From contig OZ024741.1 of the NCBI GenBank assembly GCA_964016885.1, positions 186,806,001 to 186,870,000 on the forward strand: 64,000 bases of DNA, read 5' to 3'. The position numbers were made by a program, and so were the translations under genes. How positions within the stretch are numbered: the stretch's first letter is position 1; the number at the start of each line of letters is the position of its first letter. The notes under the pieces are model-generated. The model was not told the DNA's origin, did not search any database, and was given only the letters and a program-made list of their open reading frames with translations. Positions 15,021-27,493 of this stretch are shown piece by piece. Origin of the DNA: Eledone cirrhosa. Its lineage: Eukaryota.

Positions 15021-15064
<44 letters not shown>

Positions 15065-15319
15065 GTATGTGGTTGTATGTGCATATGTTATGTATATCTG
15101 TATATGTATATATATACTATAGTAGACAGACAAACGGACAGCTGTGTTATTAGAGTGAGAGGCCACTGTACTTATAGCATCCAATTACTACAACACAGTC
15201 CTTCCTTAGTGTTGACCCCTTCTATTTCCGTTAGAAAGAAATGGTTCAGAAGACGGTAGGAGTTTGTTGGGAGCGGGGGGTCACCAAATAGAACATGATA
15301 ATTGTTTTCCTACAATTTT

Positions 15320-15321
15320 GA

Positions 15322-15375
<54 letters not shown>

Positions 15376-15600
15376 CAACAGCAGCAGTAGCAGCAGCAGC
15401 AGTGACGGTGATGGTGGCAGTGGAGGCGGCAGAGGTGATGGTGGCGGTGGCGGTGACAGTGGTGGTTGTGGTGGTGATGGTGGTGGCTGTGGTGTAATGA
15501 GTGCTGTTGGTGGTGGTGGTGGTTGTGGTGTGGTGGTGTAATGAGTGGTTGTGGTGGTGGAAGTGTAGTTAGTGGTGGTGGTGGTGGCGATAACAGCCAA
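15320..15600. repeat. (TAG)n/(CAG)n/(TGG)n compound trinucleotide repeat
   Basis: Visible directly in the sequence. Confidence 0.9.
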
Positions 15601-15699
15601 TCCTTTGTGATTATTATCTCTATATAATTAGCAGCATTAGTAATGAAAGTGGTGGTGATCGTGTAGTATTAGTTTTTTCTGGTCATTAACTGATGGTAG

Positions 15700-16085
15700 C
15701 TCTGGTGGCAGATTTTTTAGAGCGTCGTTTCTTCCGGGCCCTTTACGTTCTAAGTTCAACTCGCCGAGGTTAGCTTTGCCTTTCATTCTTACGGGGGTTG
15801 ATAAAATAAAATACCAGTAATGTACTGGGGGTAGATTTAATCGACTTTTCCCTCCCTCAAAATTTCGGCTTTGAGCCTATATAAAAAAAAAAACAATGGT
15901 TGGCAGTATAGGTAGAGGGTTGGATGCCATGCTTTGCAGCATAGAGTTACACCGCTTTACAGTCTTGAGTTCAAATCGTGCCGAGGTTAACTTTGCCTTT
16001 CATCCTTACGGGTTCGATAAAATAAAGTACCAGTAATGCACTGGCGTAATTGCTGGCCTTGTGCCAAAAGTAGAAACAATTATTA
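15700..16085 (+). mobile_element. Two tandem S1 SINE copies (15700-15890, 15897-16085)
   Basis: Repeated GAGGTTA(A/G)CTTTGCCTTTCAT...GATAAAATAAA.TACCAG core. Confidence 0.75.
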
Positions 16086-16177
16086 GTAGTAGTAGTAGTA
16101 GGAGGAGGAGATGGTGGTGGCAGAGGAGGAGTGGGAGTAGTAGTAGTAGTAGTAGTAGTAGTAACAGCAGCAGCAGC

Positions 16178-16209
<32 letters not shown>

Positions 16210-16415
16210 ATAGGAACCATTTTCTTCAGTAAGCTCGCTTATGACTTTGAGAAAGACATGAACGTCATGGAGTCTCATCTAGTCTGTCTGTCTTTTCCTC
16301 CGCCTCTTTCTCTTACCCCCTCTCTCTCTCCCTCTCTCTCTCCCTCTCTCTCTCTCTCGAGTTTTTCATTTCCTTCAAGCAGAAAACCCTCAAACGGCTC
16401 TTTCTGACACTGCTA

Positions 16416-16610
16416 TAAATAATTGTTTCTGCTTTTGGCACAAGGCCAGCAATTACCTTAGTGCATTACTGGTATTTTATTTTATCGACCCTGTAAGGAT
16501 GAAAGGCAAAGTTAACCTCGGTGGGTTTTGAACTCAGAACGCAAAGGGCCATAACTCCATGCTGCAAAGGAAGGTGTCTGACGCTCTACCGATATTGCCA
16601 ATGCCACTGC
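16416..16610 (-). mobile_element. S1 SINE
   Basis: Reverse complement of the S1 consensus. Confidence 0.8.
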
Positions 16611-17576
16611 TAAGAATAATAACGGCTTTGTACCTAACAAAATGGCATTTCTTCCTGCAGCCACAATAAAATTATTTTGTGTATGCAAAATTCACCATAT
16701 ATGGCTTGTGCATGCACATCCTGATCACATGTACTGTTTCTTGTTGCCACTGGATGCACCACCTGTACCCATTTATGGAAAATACGATGACGAACTAAAG
16801 GACAATGCTACTACAAATGGCCTTAGCTGTGGCCCTAAGATCTTGCCTTGTACTCGTCTTGAAGACCAAGCTTACTCTTTAATATGCCCTGCTCCGGTGA
16901 TAGTATCTACATCATATTAGACTTCAGCTAGTGTTTATACTAATCGTTCATTTATGGTCATATTGTCTCTGCTTTGATTGTGGAAAACAGAGATTCATTA
17001 CCTATATATTTGCCAGATCTTTCGACAAGAAAGCACTGTCCATCATAAGATATATCTTCCTTGTTTATCATTTACTTAGTTGTTTTCCGAGAGCCACCTT
17101 ATGTCCAGCGATATTTCTTGGGAAGGTCATGCTTGCAACGCTATTGCAAGAAGTATGAAGTATTTCATCTAGATATCAAGTTGTGTGTGCGTGTCGATAT
17201 GTATTGTTTGTTTGTTTAAATATATTTGTATACGTGCCATTATCTTATTTAATTTTAAGAAATTCTTTTTGTGGACGTAACTGTGGCTACCACTCTGTGG
17301 GATCCTCTCTAGCTTCCACCCCAGTGGATGTTATATTTCCAAATGTATTTTTGTAATTGTGTGATGATGTCAAAAAAAAAATTCAAAATGTAAGTTTATC
17401 CTCTTTGGCCCCAAACGTGAAAACACAACCGTTACCGCTTAATGTAAGTTTGGTCACGAAAATGCAAAAACAGAGCACATTCATGGCGGATAAAATTATG
17501 GATATAACATTTTTAACATCTTGCAAATAAATAACATAGAACCAATCAGAACATTTCATATATTACTTATATTATA

Positions 17577-19251
17577 CTAGCAGAATGGCCCGGCATTGCT
17601 CGGGATTTGCTCTAGGGTTCTTATATATTTGATATATATTTATCCTTATCGAGCCTCGTGAAATAAATCCGTTTGTTTATATTTTGTTATTGCGTACGCA
17701 AAAATAACTGTACACGTCATAGATTACCAGGGGTTTTTTTCCGTGCGAAGAAAATCAATACTTTATCGCGAAATAAATACTTTTGTTTATATGTTGTTAT
17801 TGTGTATGCAAAAATAATATATGTTTATTCTTATCGAGACTCGTGAGATAAATACTTTTGTTTATATGTTGTTATTGTGTATGCAAAAATGTTATATGTT
17901 TATCCTTATCGAGCCTCGTGAAATAAATACTTTTGTTTATATGTTGTTATTGTGTATGCAAAAATGTTATATGTTTATCCTTATCGAGACTCGTGAGATA
18001 AATACTTTTGTTTATATGTTGTTATTGTGTATGCAAAAATGTTATATGTTTATCCTTATCGAGCCTCGTGAAATAAATACTTTTGTTTATATGTTGTTAT
18101 TGTGTATGCAAAAATGATATAAGTTTATCCTTATCGAGCCTCGTGAAATAAATACTTTTGTTTATATTTTGTTATTGTGTATGCAAAAATAATATATGTT
18201 TATTCTTATCGAGACTCTTGAGATAAATACTTTTGTTTATATGTTGTTATTGTGTATGCAAAAATGTTATATGTTTATCCTTATCGAGCCTCGTGAAATA
18301 AATACTTTTGTTTATATGTTGTTATTGTGTATGCAAAAATGTTATATGTTTATCCTTATCGAGACTCGTGAGATAAATACTTTTGTTTATATGTTGTTAT
18401 TGTGTATGCAAAAATGTTATATGTTTATCCTTATCGAGACTCGTGAGATAAATACTTTTGTTTATATGTTGTTATTGTGTATGCAAAAATGTTATATGTT
18501 TATCCTTATCGAGCCTCGTGAAATAAATACTTTTGTTTATATGTTGTTATTGCGTATGCAAAAATGTTATATGTTTATCCTTATCGAGCCTCGTGAAATA
18601 AATACTTTTGTTTATATGTTGTTATTGTGTATGCAAAAATGATATATGTTTATCCTTATCGAGACTCGTGAAATAAATACTTTTGTTTATATTTTGTTAT
18701 TGTGTATGCAAAAATGATATATGTTTATCCTTATCGAGCCTCGTGAAATAAATACTTTTGTTTATATTTTGTTATTGTGTATGCAAAAATGATATATGTT
18801 TATCCTTATCGAGCCTCGTGAAATAAATACTTTTGTTTATATTTTGTTATTGTGTATGCAAAAATGATATATGTTTATCCTTATCGAGCCTCGTGAAATA
18901 AATACTTTTGTTTATATTTTGTTATTGTGTATGCAAAAATGATATATGATTATCCTTATCGAGCCTCGTGAAATAAATACTTTTGTTTATATTTTGTTAT
19001 TGTGTATGCAAAAATTTTATATGTTTATCCTTATCGAGACTCGTGAGATAAATACTTTTGTTTATATGTTGTTATTGTGTAAGCAAAAATGATATATGTT
19101 TATCCTTATCGAGCCTCGTGAAATAAATACTTTTGTTTATATTTTTTTTATTGTGTATGCAAAAATGATATATGTTTATTCTTATCGAGCCTCGTAAAAT
19201 AAATACTTTTGTTTATATTTTGTTATTGTGTATGCAAAAATATCTGTACAC

Positions 19252-19332
<81 letters not shown>

Positions 19333-19864
19333 TAACAGGCTAAATTTAAGCAAAGAATAGCTGCTTTCACCGTTAACGGGATCTTCTGAAACTAAAATAA
19401 AAAAATCAATCTGCGAACGCAGATGTAAATATTTCGAAAAACGTTGCAACCGAAGGAAAACAGGAAGACGATACTTTGGTTCGTCAAGACGTTCCCTGGC
19501 ATAAGAATATATATATATATACACACACTATATATACATATATACACACACACACTGATCGCGTCATAATGTGGCAATGCAGACAGCCAGGCATACATGT
19601 AGATATTATAAAGGCGCGACGTAATATCTATGTGTATATTTAAAAAGAGAAAGACTAAGAGAAAGAGAAAGAGATCGCTAAATCGCCTATTGCAGTCTCT
19701 AGGGCATTGAAAATTTGAAATTCTTTTTCCTCAGAACAGTCAATAGGACCATAAGTATTACATGTGTAAAGTTTGAAAACAATCGGTTGGGTGGTTCTCG
19801 AGTTTTAGTGATTGTACAGACAGACAGACAGACAAACAGACATTCTCTGTTTTAGTAATATAGA
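17577..19864 (-). mobile_element. Non-autonomous Helitron (Lep1/DINE-like) carrying an internal satellite
   Basis: CTAG at 17577-17580 with hairpin CCCGGCATTGCTCGGG; the far end has CATGTGTAAAGTTTGAAAACAATCGGTTG, (CAGA)n and TAATATAGA (TC start on minus); inserted at an A/T junction. Confidence 0.8.
17636..19240. repeat. 75-bp minisatellite, ~20 copies
   Basis: Unit ATGTTTATCCTTATCGAG(C/A)CTCGTGA(A/G)ATAAATACTTTTGTTTATATGTTGTTATTGTGTATGCAAAAATGTTAT; 25-aa periodicity in the ORF track. Confidence 0.95.
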
Positions 19865-20445
19865 TTAGCAATATATATCTAATACATTCCTAGACAACGT
19901 TGTTTGGGGTCTTGAAAAATAGAACAATTCCCACAATTTAATAGATAATTAGTAATAAAGAAGCCAATCCTCAGCAGTGTGTCATCTTGTTAATTAGAAA
20001 AAAATATCAATTGTCCATAATTAAGTTTCAAACGAAACAAAACTCACATGTTGGATGCGACAATAACTGTGACAGTCGGGCCAGTGATTGGCAGGGGGGA
20101 ATGCTAAAATTAGCTTGCACGTAGGCTGAAAAGCAACTCTACCCATATATTGAAATATTGAGTGTAGAAATATTTAGATAAATTTATATCGATATACAAA
20201 ATATCGACTCACTGAACCATAACTGCGCAATATATTAAAAACTGCGTGCAGTCATAACAGATGTAGTTATGGCTACAACACTTTTAATATCTTACAAATA
20301 AATAAAGGAACCAAGCTAAAAGTATTACTTACATTACATTAGTAATACATAGTTCTAATCGAGTCTTAGACAACATTGCTTGGAGTCTTGAGAAAACAGA
20401 ACAATTACCATAATTAAATAGATAATTAGTAATGTACACACAGAT

Positions 20446-20487
<42 letters not shown>

Positions 20488-20574
20488 AATTTACCTGCGC
20501 TTACATTACCAACTTTTATCTCTCAATATATTATATAATATCCTTGACCCACATCATTTTTCATACCTATGTAT

Positions 20575-21087
20575 ATGATGGCTGCAACTCGATTTCGAGT
20601 AATGCTGTCGCTTGATACTTAAGCATGAGCATCACGGACGTGGCTTTTTAGTCCTGCTAGGGTCTTGCCTATGGCCAGCAATGCCATGCATCGTAGAAAA
20701 TGTCACATATCAAGCGATGCCTGTGTTTGAAGCATTTTTTAAGTGAGGAAAGGCTTTGAACGCGGCCAATCCCACTCTCTGAATGCATTTGCCCCAAAAG
20801 AAGACCTAATCTACATCATTGGATGCAAACGAAGTCTCAGGTTTCATATCAGAGTAACCTTCTCCTAGAGGGATGTATTAATGAAGACTAGGAGTCTCTC
20901 GCACCGTTGACTATCCTAAGTTCCTCCGCCCGTTGACGAGTTTTGTTTTTCATTCCACAGGGCGTCTAAATTCACCCTCCTCATCAAGCCAGCTTGGTTG
21001 GGTTGCTGGTTTAGTCCCCGACGACCCGACCATGCACAGGTTGTACTGGGTTGCATGTTACCAGTAGCACTGAAGAGCGACCTGACA
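20575..21087 (-). mobile_element. Diverged relative of the bipartite RTE derivative
   Basis: Same architecture (ATCAGAGTAACCTTCTCCTAG, GGTTGTACTGGG, GACCTGAC end). Confidence 0.7.
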
Positions 21088-21124
21088 TACATATATATAT
21101 ATCCTTTACCTATATTCATAACCA

Positions 21125-21153
<29 letters not shown>

Positions 21154-21158
<5 letters not shown>

Positions 21159-21345
21159 AACCAGTAAGACCCCGACAGCTGAGCTCAAGCCGTTTCGACG
21201 GCTAATTCTGTCCAGAATTAGCCGTCGAAACGGCTTGAGCTCAGCTGTCGGGGTCTTACTGGTTCCTATTACCCACTCTACTACCTCAAGTATTGAGTAC
21301 TTTGGTGCGTTATGGTCCACCTGGTTCCTTACCACATTTCCTTCG

Positions 21346-21347
<2 letters not shown>
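21154..21347 (+). mobile_element. Hammerhead fold-back element family C
   Basis: 116-bp palindrome 21154-21269 containing GAAACGGC-ttgagctca-GCTGTC (stem III + GUC site), plus an ~80-bp tail; relatives at 33400-33600, 46544-46727 and 54941-55154. Confidence 0.75.
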
Positions 21348-21389
<42 letters not shown>

Positions 21390-21393
<4 letters not shown>

Positions 21394-21649
21394 GGAAAAA
21401 ATGAAACGAAATTTCATAGCTAATAAGGTTGAAACTAGTAGAGCGTTCCTTTGTCAGTGTTGAACAAACGAGCAACGATGGTTGCTGGACACTACGGCTT
21501 AATACGGAATGTTTGTTTACAAACACACCGAGCATTATAATAAATGTTCGGTGAATCCATACGTACATATATATATATGTGTGCATGTATGTATATGTAT
21601 ATACATACTACTGTACGTCTGTATACATATATGTATGTACGTGTACACA

Positions 21650-21650
<1 letters not shown>
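21390..21650 (+). mobile_element. Hammerhead element family D fragment
   Basis: Matches 31575-31600 and 31960-32200; retains GAAACTAGTAGAGCG. Confidence 0.7.
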
Positions 21651-21721
<71 letters not shown>

Positions 21722-23029
21722 TAGGTCTGGTTATGGCATGTGGAGGACGCTTGGTTGAAGTATCAGTATAGAGGTCGAAGAGATTGCTTTAACTATTCCT
21801 GGAACTGGCGCTCTATTATGTTCTAATCCGTTTTTCGCTTTACTCTCTGCACCAACGACAGCTTGGGACTCTATTGTTTAGTAATCTTATGTTGACATTG
21901 GGATTTGCATGTCATGACAGATTCACTCGACCTTATAACACTCCCTTTCACCTCGGCGTTCACTACATTCTCTTATATGGTTGTCAATATGATGAGCAGC
22001 CAATAGCCCAGCATCACCAAAAATATCCCATGCTGTAATATGAAACCTGTCGCATCGTTGTCATTAGAGAAATCTATTCTAAACACATTCAAACTAAACA
22101 CCCGATTACCTTACTTAACAAGACGCCTGGTTTAACACCATATATCTCTTCTAAGTCTTTAGATGAGTTTACTCTTTACAAGCTGTTTGACCTGGTCTAC
22201 TATCTGAATATAACACGATACGCTCATACGCTGAGTTCTATTGCAGCAAGCTATGAGTCACATTGTTTTAATTTTTATTTTACTTCTTTCGTCGCCCCGC
22301 CTGCACCAGTTAAGGAACATCAAAAATAAGTGTCATGCCCGCTGCCTTTACTATTTCTCGCTTTTCTATAAACTAGAACACGATTATGTAATCTTGCAAA
22401 AATGGTTTCAGAGGAGGGGGCTTGCGTAAATGCTGTAACAATGATGCTTATTATAGTAATCTGAGCGTTGTTACTTTTGTCGTGGTAGTGCTGTAATGGT
22501 GATGACAATAGTAGTTGTGGCTGAAGTGTGAGTGTTGTCGTAATGGTAATGCTGTTGGTTGTGTAAACGTACTAATAGTGGTACTTATGGTAATAGTATG
22601 GATAGTATTGTGGCTGTAGCGCTCTATTATAGTAAGGACACTGGTAGATGGGTGGCACTGTGGTGGTAGTAATCGTAGGAGATTTGATAGTAGTATTTGT
22701 GGCAATAGTATGACAATATTTGGGTGCTTGTGTATTTGGGTAATATGAGTAATAGAAGTAATCAAGCTGTTGTTCTTGTAATGGTGGTGGTAGTGGTATT
22801 GGGGGTGGTTGCATTTCTGTTGTAGTAGGAGTATTAGTAGTTGAAACATTACATTAAGTGTTGTGGTACTGGTTCTGTAATAGTAGAAGTAGATACAGTA
22901 ATAGTGTGAATATTGTTTTGGTGGTTCAATTTGAGTAGTACTTGTGATAGTTAAGGCAATAGTACGAGTTTTGTGGTCGTAGTAGTGGTGGTGGTGATTA
23001 TGTAATAGTAATTGTTGAATTAGTATTGG

Positions 23030-23870
23030 TAGGTGTAAGGGAACACAAGGCTGTGTAACAGCTCGCGCTCTGCCATGCTGACGTCCATTCTCCTATTCCC
23101 CCTGTAGACATGCAGCCCCAACAAAACAAGTGAGATGCCATCCAGTGCGACATGTCCTTGGACAGGCTGGCTTGACCAGCACCGTCTGCCATTTTTTTTT
23201 TTTTTTTTTGCTCGTCCTCACAGCTCCACAGTGGTATTGGGCTTAACGTTGTACCACCATTCTTGACTGGCACTTAGCTGGACAGCGACTTTTAGCGCAT
23301 CGGTATTTTACTGAGGCTCGGATCTGTAAGTCGCACAAATGCCACAGCGAATCCACTATGAACAATTTAGGCCTACTCTAATTGCTATGCCCTTATAGAG
23401 CCGGTTACCTCTCACGCGCCACTGTTCTGAACGTGATCATGGAGCATGACCTGGAGCTGTAGGTTCCATTTCCCAAATTGAACTAGCGTTGCTAGACCGA
23501 GGGGACGGTAAAAGGCCAAACGGTATGACAATCTGCGTCTTCTGTGTTGGTAGGATCTCATCTGGTATGTTACATGCTGCAACATCTCCGGCGGTAGCAT
23601 GGTGCATTTGGCAACGAGCCCAGTCTCCGCTGCTTGTCAGGTTGAAAAGGACAAACTGTTAAAGTATCGATCGCTCTGATAGTTTTATACTTGGTTGAGC
23701 CTGTGAGACTCTCACAGGATCGCATCTCTACTCATTACCATCGGAGCAGATATGTGTACCCGCAGAAGTGAGCCCCGCGATCTGGAGAGCCCCTTCCAAC
23801 ACATCTCCTTCACAATCATCCGAGGAAACGACTTCTCCGTTCTGTCTACTGAAACCAACTGGCGGATTAG
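23030..23870 (+). pseudogene. Degenerate CRE-clade non-LTR retrotransposon 3' region (RLE)
   Basis: Manual translation gives RIGILLRLG, DRGDGKRPNGMT (DGKRPDG motif), a degenerate L.WDVT motif and IIRGN..SVL. Confidence 0.75.
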
Positions 23871-24036
23871 TCTTTAAATATTTCATTTTCGTTCTTTCTT
23901 TAGATTATTTGTCTATAAAAAAAAAGGTTGTAATAGTTGTAAACATCAACTCATAAAGACGAAGTATTATTCACAGAAACAATAGTGTTTGGAAATTTAC
24001 TTCCAATGAACACAAAGATTGACAGTAACAACAACT

Positions 24037-24101
<65 letters not shown>

Positions 24102-24132
24102 GGTGGTGGTGGTGGTGGTGGTGGTGGTGGTG

Positions 24133-24200
<68 letters not shown>

Positions 24201-24208
24201 GGTGGTGG
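24037..24208. repeat. Alternating (TAG)n/(TGG)n blocks
   Basis: Visible directly in the sequence. Confidence 0.95.
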
Positions 24209-24339
24209 CGTGTTTCTAGTATTTTTTTCTTTTTGTGTATCAATGTAAGGAAAGCGGAAATAATTTCATACCGCACCCTCCCCATTTCCGTTGAGTTACA
24301 TATTACCAGGCATAAACACTCAAAAACATTCACATTCTC

Positions 24340-24409
<70 letters not shown>

Positions 24410-24437
24410 TATACACACACATATATACATATATATA

Positions 24438-24525
<88 letters not shown>

Positions 24526-24559
24526 TACATATATATGTGTGTATGTGTGTTTATAATGA

Positions 24560-24688
24560 AGATGCGTTGCCTCGTGGTTAAGGTATTCGGCTCATGATCG
24601 TAAGGTCGTGAGTAGGATTCCCGACAGCGCGTTATGTCCTTGAGCAACACAGTTTATTCCCCTTTGCTCCAATGCACTCAGTTGTACA

Positions 24689-24690
<2 letters not shown>
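24560..24690 (+). mobile_element. tRNA-derived SINE with CORE-like domain (family S2)
   Basis: GTGGTTAAGG A-box, degenerate B-box, TGTCCTTGAGCAA; relatives at 26030, 30527 and 36835. Confidence 0.65.
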
Positions 24691-24748
<58 letters not shown>

Positions 24749-25288
24749 CACACACACACACACACGAATGTGTGCGTTTTAAATGCAGATTTAGTTCTTA
24801 AACATACGAATCCTGTCATACATATATACATGCATACACATTTCATTTTAAGAAATCATCGCTAACTTAATCATCATCATCATCATCATCCTCATCATCA
24901 TCATCATCATCATCATCATCGTCATCATATTTGTCAGTATTATTATTATTCATCGCATGTGAAATTCACAAAGAGTTTCCTGTCTTGCATCAAAAATAAT
25001 TATGTACATCTGGGAAAACTTACATAAATACGTCCAAGGTTAACAATTACTTTGTTAATATGTTAAAAAAATATTTACAGATAAATGATGTGTTATAGTT
25101 TTGTGGATCGTGCCTATGTCTATTCTTATAGGCAATCTGTAAATGACTGTTAATGACTGTTAATGGTGGTTGTGTATCCATTTGAATGTAGTGCAAAAGT
25201 CACTGGACACATTTCTAAACTCTCATGTCTTTGATTCTGCAGTTAACATATTTATAGATACTAGTGTTGCTATTTTCTGGTCTATGTA

Positions 25289-25837
25289 CAGGGCGGTCCG
25301 AAAGTCTCGTCACCCCCTTGTCCCATATTGTTTTAACTCTCATTATTTTTTTGTTTTAATAATTGTTTCTACTTTTGGCACAAGGCCAGCAATTAAGCAG
25401 TGTATTACTGGTACTTTATTTTATCGACCCCCTAAGGATGAAAGGGAAAGTTAACCTCGGCGAGATTTGAACTCAGACCGTAAAGGGACGTAACTCTATG
25501 CTTCAAAGCATGGTGTCCGACTCTCTACCGATACTGCCAATCCACCGTTTTAATAATATAATATATAATATCATTAATTATAATATATAATAATAATAAT
25601 ATAATTTTCTATCTCAGATGGCTGACACGAGCTCCTACAGTTTGGAAGAGAGACTGCTGGCAAGTGTATGGACACATGATCGTGTGCATTATGGCAAGAG
25701 CATGGAGGATGTGCAACATCACTTCACTGCAAGATTCGGCAAACCAGCTGCTCCGAAGATGACGATACTGCGATGGGAACATAAACTGTTTCTCATTACT
25801 TTTTGGTAGGGGGTGACAAGACTTTCGGACCACCCTG
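25289..25837 (+). mobile_element. Tc1/mariner-superfamily deletion derivative with nested SINE
   Basis: ~28-bp TIRs CAGGGCGGTCCGAAAGTCTCGTCACCCC / GGGGTGACAAGACTTTCGGACCACCCTG, TA on both sides; transposase N-terminal HTH-like ORF 25618-25809; S1 SINE inserted at 25358-25550 (-). Confidence 0.88.
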
Positions 25838-26029
25838 TACATGTATATTGTAATAGGTAATCTGTAAATATATTTACAGATGCAGTTTTATAACAATTAC
25901 AAAGCTAATGATGGATACTGTTTGTAAATGATACAATGTCATTAATTCTCAAGTTATAATGAGGCTAATTAAGTTGCGCAGAAATATTATAACTTCTCTT
26001 TTGTCTTTGTTTTTTTATTATCTTTAGTG

Positions 26030-26445
26030 AAGGCGCATGCCTTAGTGGTTAGAGCATTGGACTTGCAATCGAAAGGTTGTGAGTTCGATTCTCGGACCTG
26101 GTGATGTGTTGTGTCCTTGAGCAAACACTTTATTTCACGTTACTCCAGTTTACTCAGCTGCAGTAGTTCCAGCTGCACACATCGAAAGACTGGTGTAGTG
26201 GTTCTGAGAACAATGCGGTTTTGCAGATGATCAATGGAAATTGACAATGGAAAGCACTCCCGCTCGAGTTAGAAGAGAACTATTGACCTTCAGGAGAAGC
26301 AGCGACCCCTGATTGTATTCAGCAATCGAAATAAATATGAAATACACCAAATTCAATGCTCCTAGGGAGGCCTGGTTCTTCTTATTTGCGAGTGTAAACT
26401 CGGCCAGATTAGATTAGAGATTATGAGGATCCGCTCAGACTGGTT
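26030..26445 (+). mobile_element. S2 SINE head plus ~280-bp body, duplicated at 30527-30976
   Basis: tRNA-like head TAGTGGTTAGAGC...GAGTTCGATTC, CORE-like TGTGTCCTTGAGCAA, shared downstream body. Confidence 0.8.
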
Positions 26446-26757
26446 CTTCTTATTTGCGAGTGTAAACTCGGCCAGATTAGATTAGAGATTATGAGGATCC
26501 GCTCAGACTGGTTCTTCTTATTTGCGAGTGTAAACTCGGCCAGATTAGATTAGAGATTATGAGGATCCGCTCAGACTGGTTCTTCTTATTTGCGAGTGTA
26601 AACTCGTCCAGATTAGATTAGAGATTATGAGGATCCGCTCAGACTGGTTCTTCTTATTTGCGAGTGTAAACTCGTCCAGATTAGATTAGAGATTATGAGG
26701 ATCCGCTCAGACTGGTTCTTCTTATTTGCGAGTGTAAACTCGGCCAGATTAGATTAG
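26372..26757. repeat. 68-bp minisatellite, ~5.7 copies
   Basis: Units start at 26372, 26440, 26508, 26576, 26644 and 26712; near-identical. Confidence 0.95.
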
Positions 26758-27227
26758 ATTATTTATCTTTGTGGATATAGCATACTTAGGGCATTACGTG
26801 TGATGATTAGCTGTATTTTCCCCTGGTTTTGATGAAAAGAATGGGTATATTTTAATTAGTAAGTACTACTTAAAATAATTTCACGTTTTTGTGTGATTGC
26901 TGTAGGTTTCGATCCAAGTTACGGTATGTCTGAAGAATGAAGGGAAGTTGAGCGAAGCAATTCATCTGCGTATGAAGTTGGGTGAATGTTTTCAGGAGTC
27001 TCTTGATTGGGGAATAATGTATCAAAGACTATATTATCTTAAGTTTTAGTCCTTTAATTTTAAAGAAAGTACGGTGTGATTTTGAGAATATTTCGCTGTT
27101 ATTTCTAGCATGTTGCATCTCTCTCATTGGTTTGTTAGCATAAGCCTATTGCTCCTATCATTTTTGGGGGTGAAGTCGTGCATACTTTTCCGACAAAAAT
27201 GTTTATGCCTGTCAATCCTTATTATGA

Positions 27228-27493
27228 CAAGGCAATATCGGTAGAGGGTCGGACGCCATGCTTTCCAGCATAGAGTTACGTCCCTTTACAGACCGAGTTC
27301 AAATCCCGCTTTCATTTGCCATTCATCATTATGGGGGAGATAAAGTACCAGTAATGTACTAGGTAAATGCTGGCCTTGTGCCAGAAGTAGAAACAATCAT
27401 TATGGCATCTTTATTCATTATTGTATTATTCAATAAAGTACCAGTAATGTACTGGATAATTGCTGGCCCTGTGCCAAAAGTAGAAACAATTAT
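27228..27493 (+). mobile_element. S1 SINE with duplicated 3' tail
   Basis: Body 27228-27400; tail repeated at 27432-27493. Confidence 0.75.

Noticed and set aside
16640-17170. Possible decayed transposase (DISYDG on minus resembles the piggyBac C-terminus)
   Set aside because: A single short motif with no supporting catalytic or cysteine-rich motifs.
17821-18642. 25-aa repeat ORFs, or a CRISPR-like array
   Set aside because: Contiguous 75-bp tandem units with no unique spacers and scattered stops; no cas genes; eukaryotic context.
21720-22240. Possible decayed CR1/L2 3' region
   Set aside because: Too degenerate to support by eye.
26030-26105. tRNA gene
   Set aside because: A/B boxes are present, but there is no closed acceptor stem and it continues into a SINE body; same at 30527 and 36835.
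26372-26757. Possible CRISPR array
   Set aside because: Pure head-to-tail 68-bp repeat without spacers.
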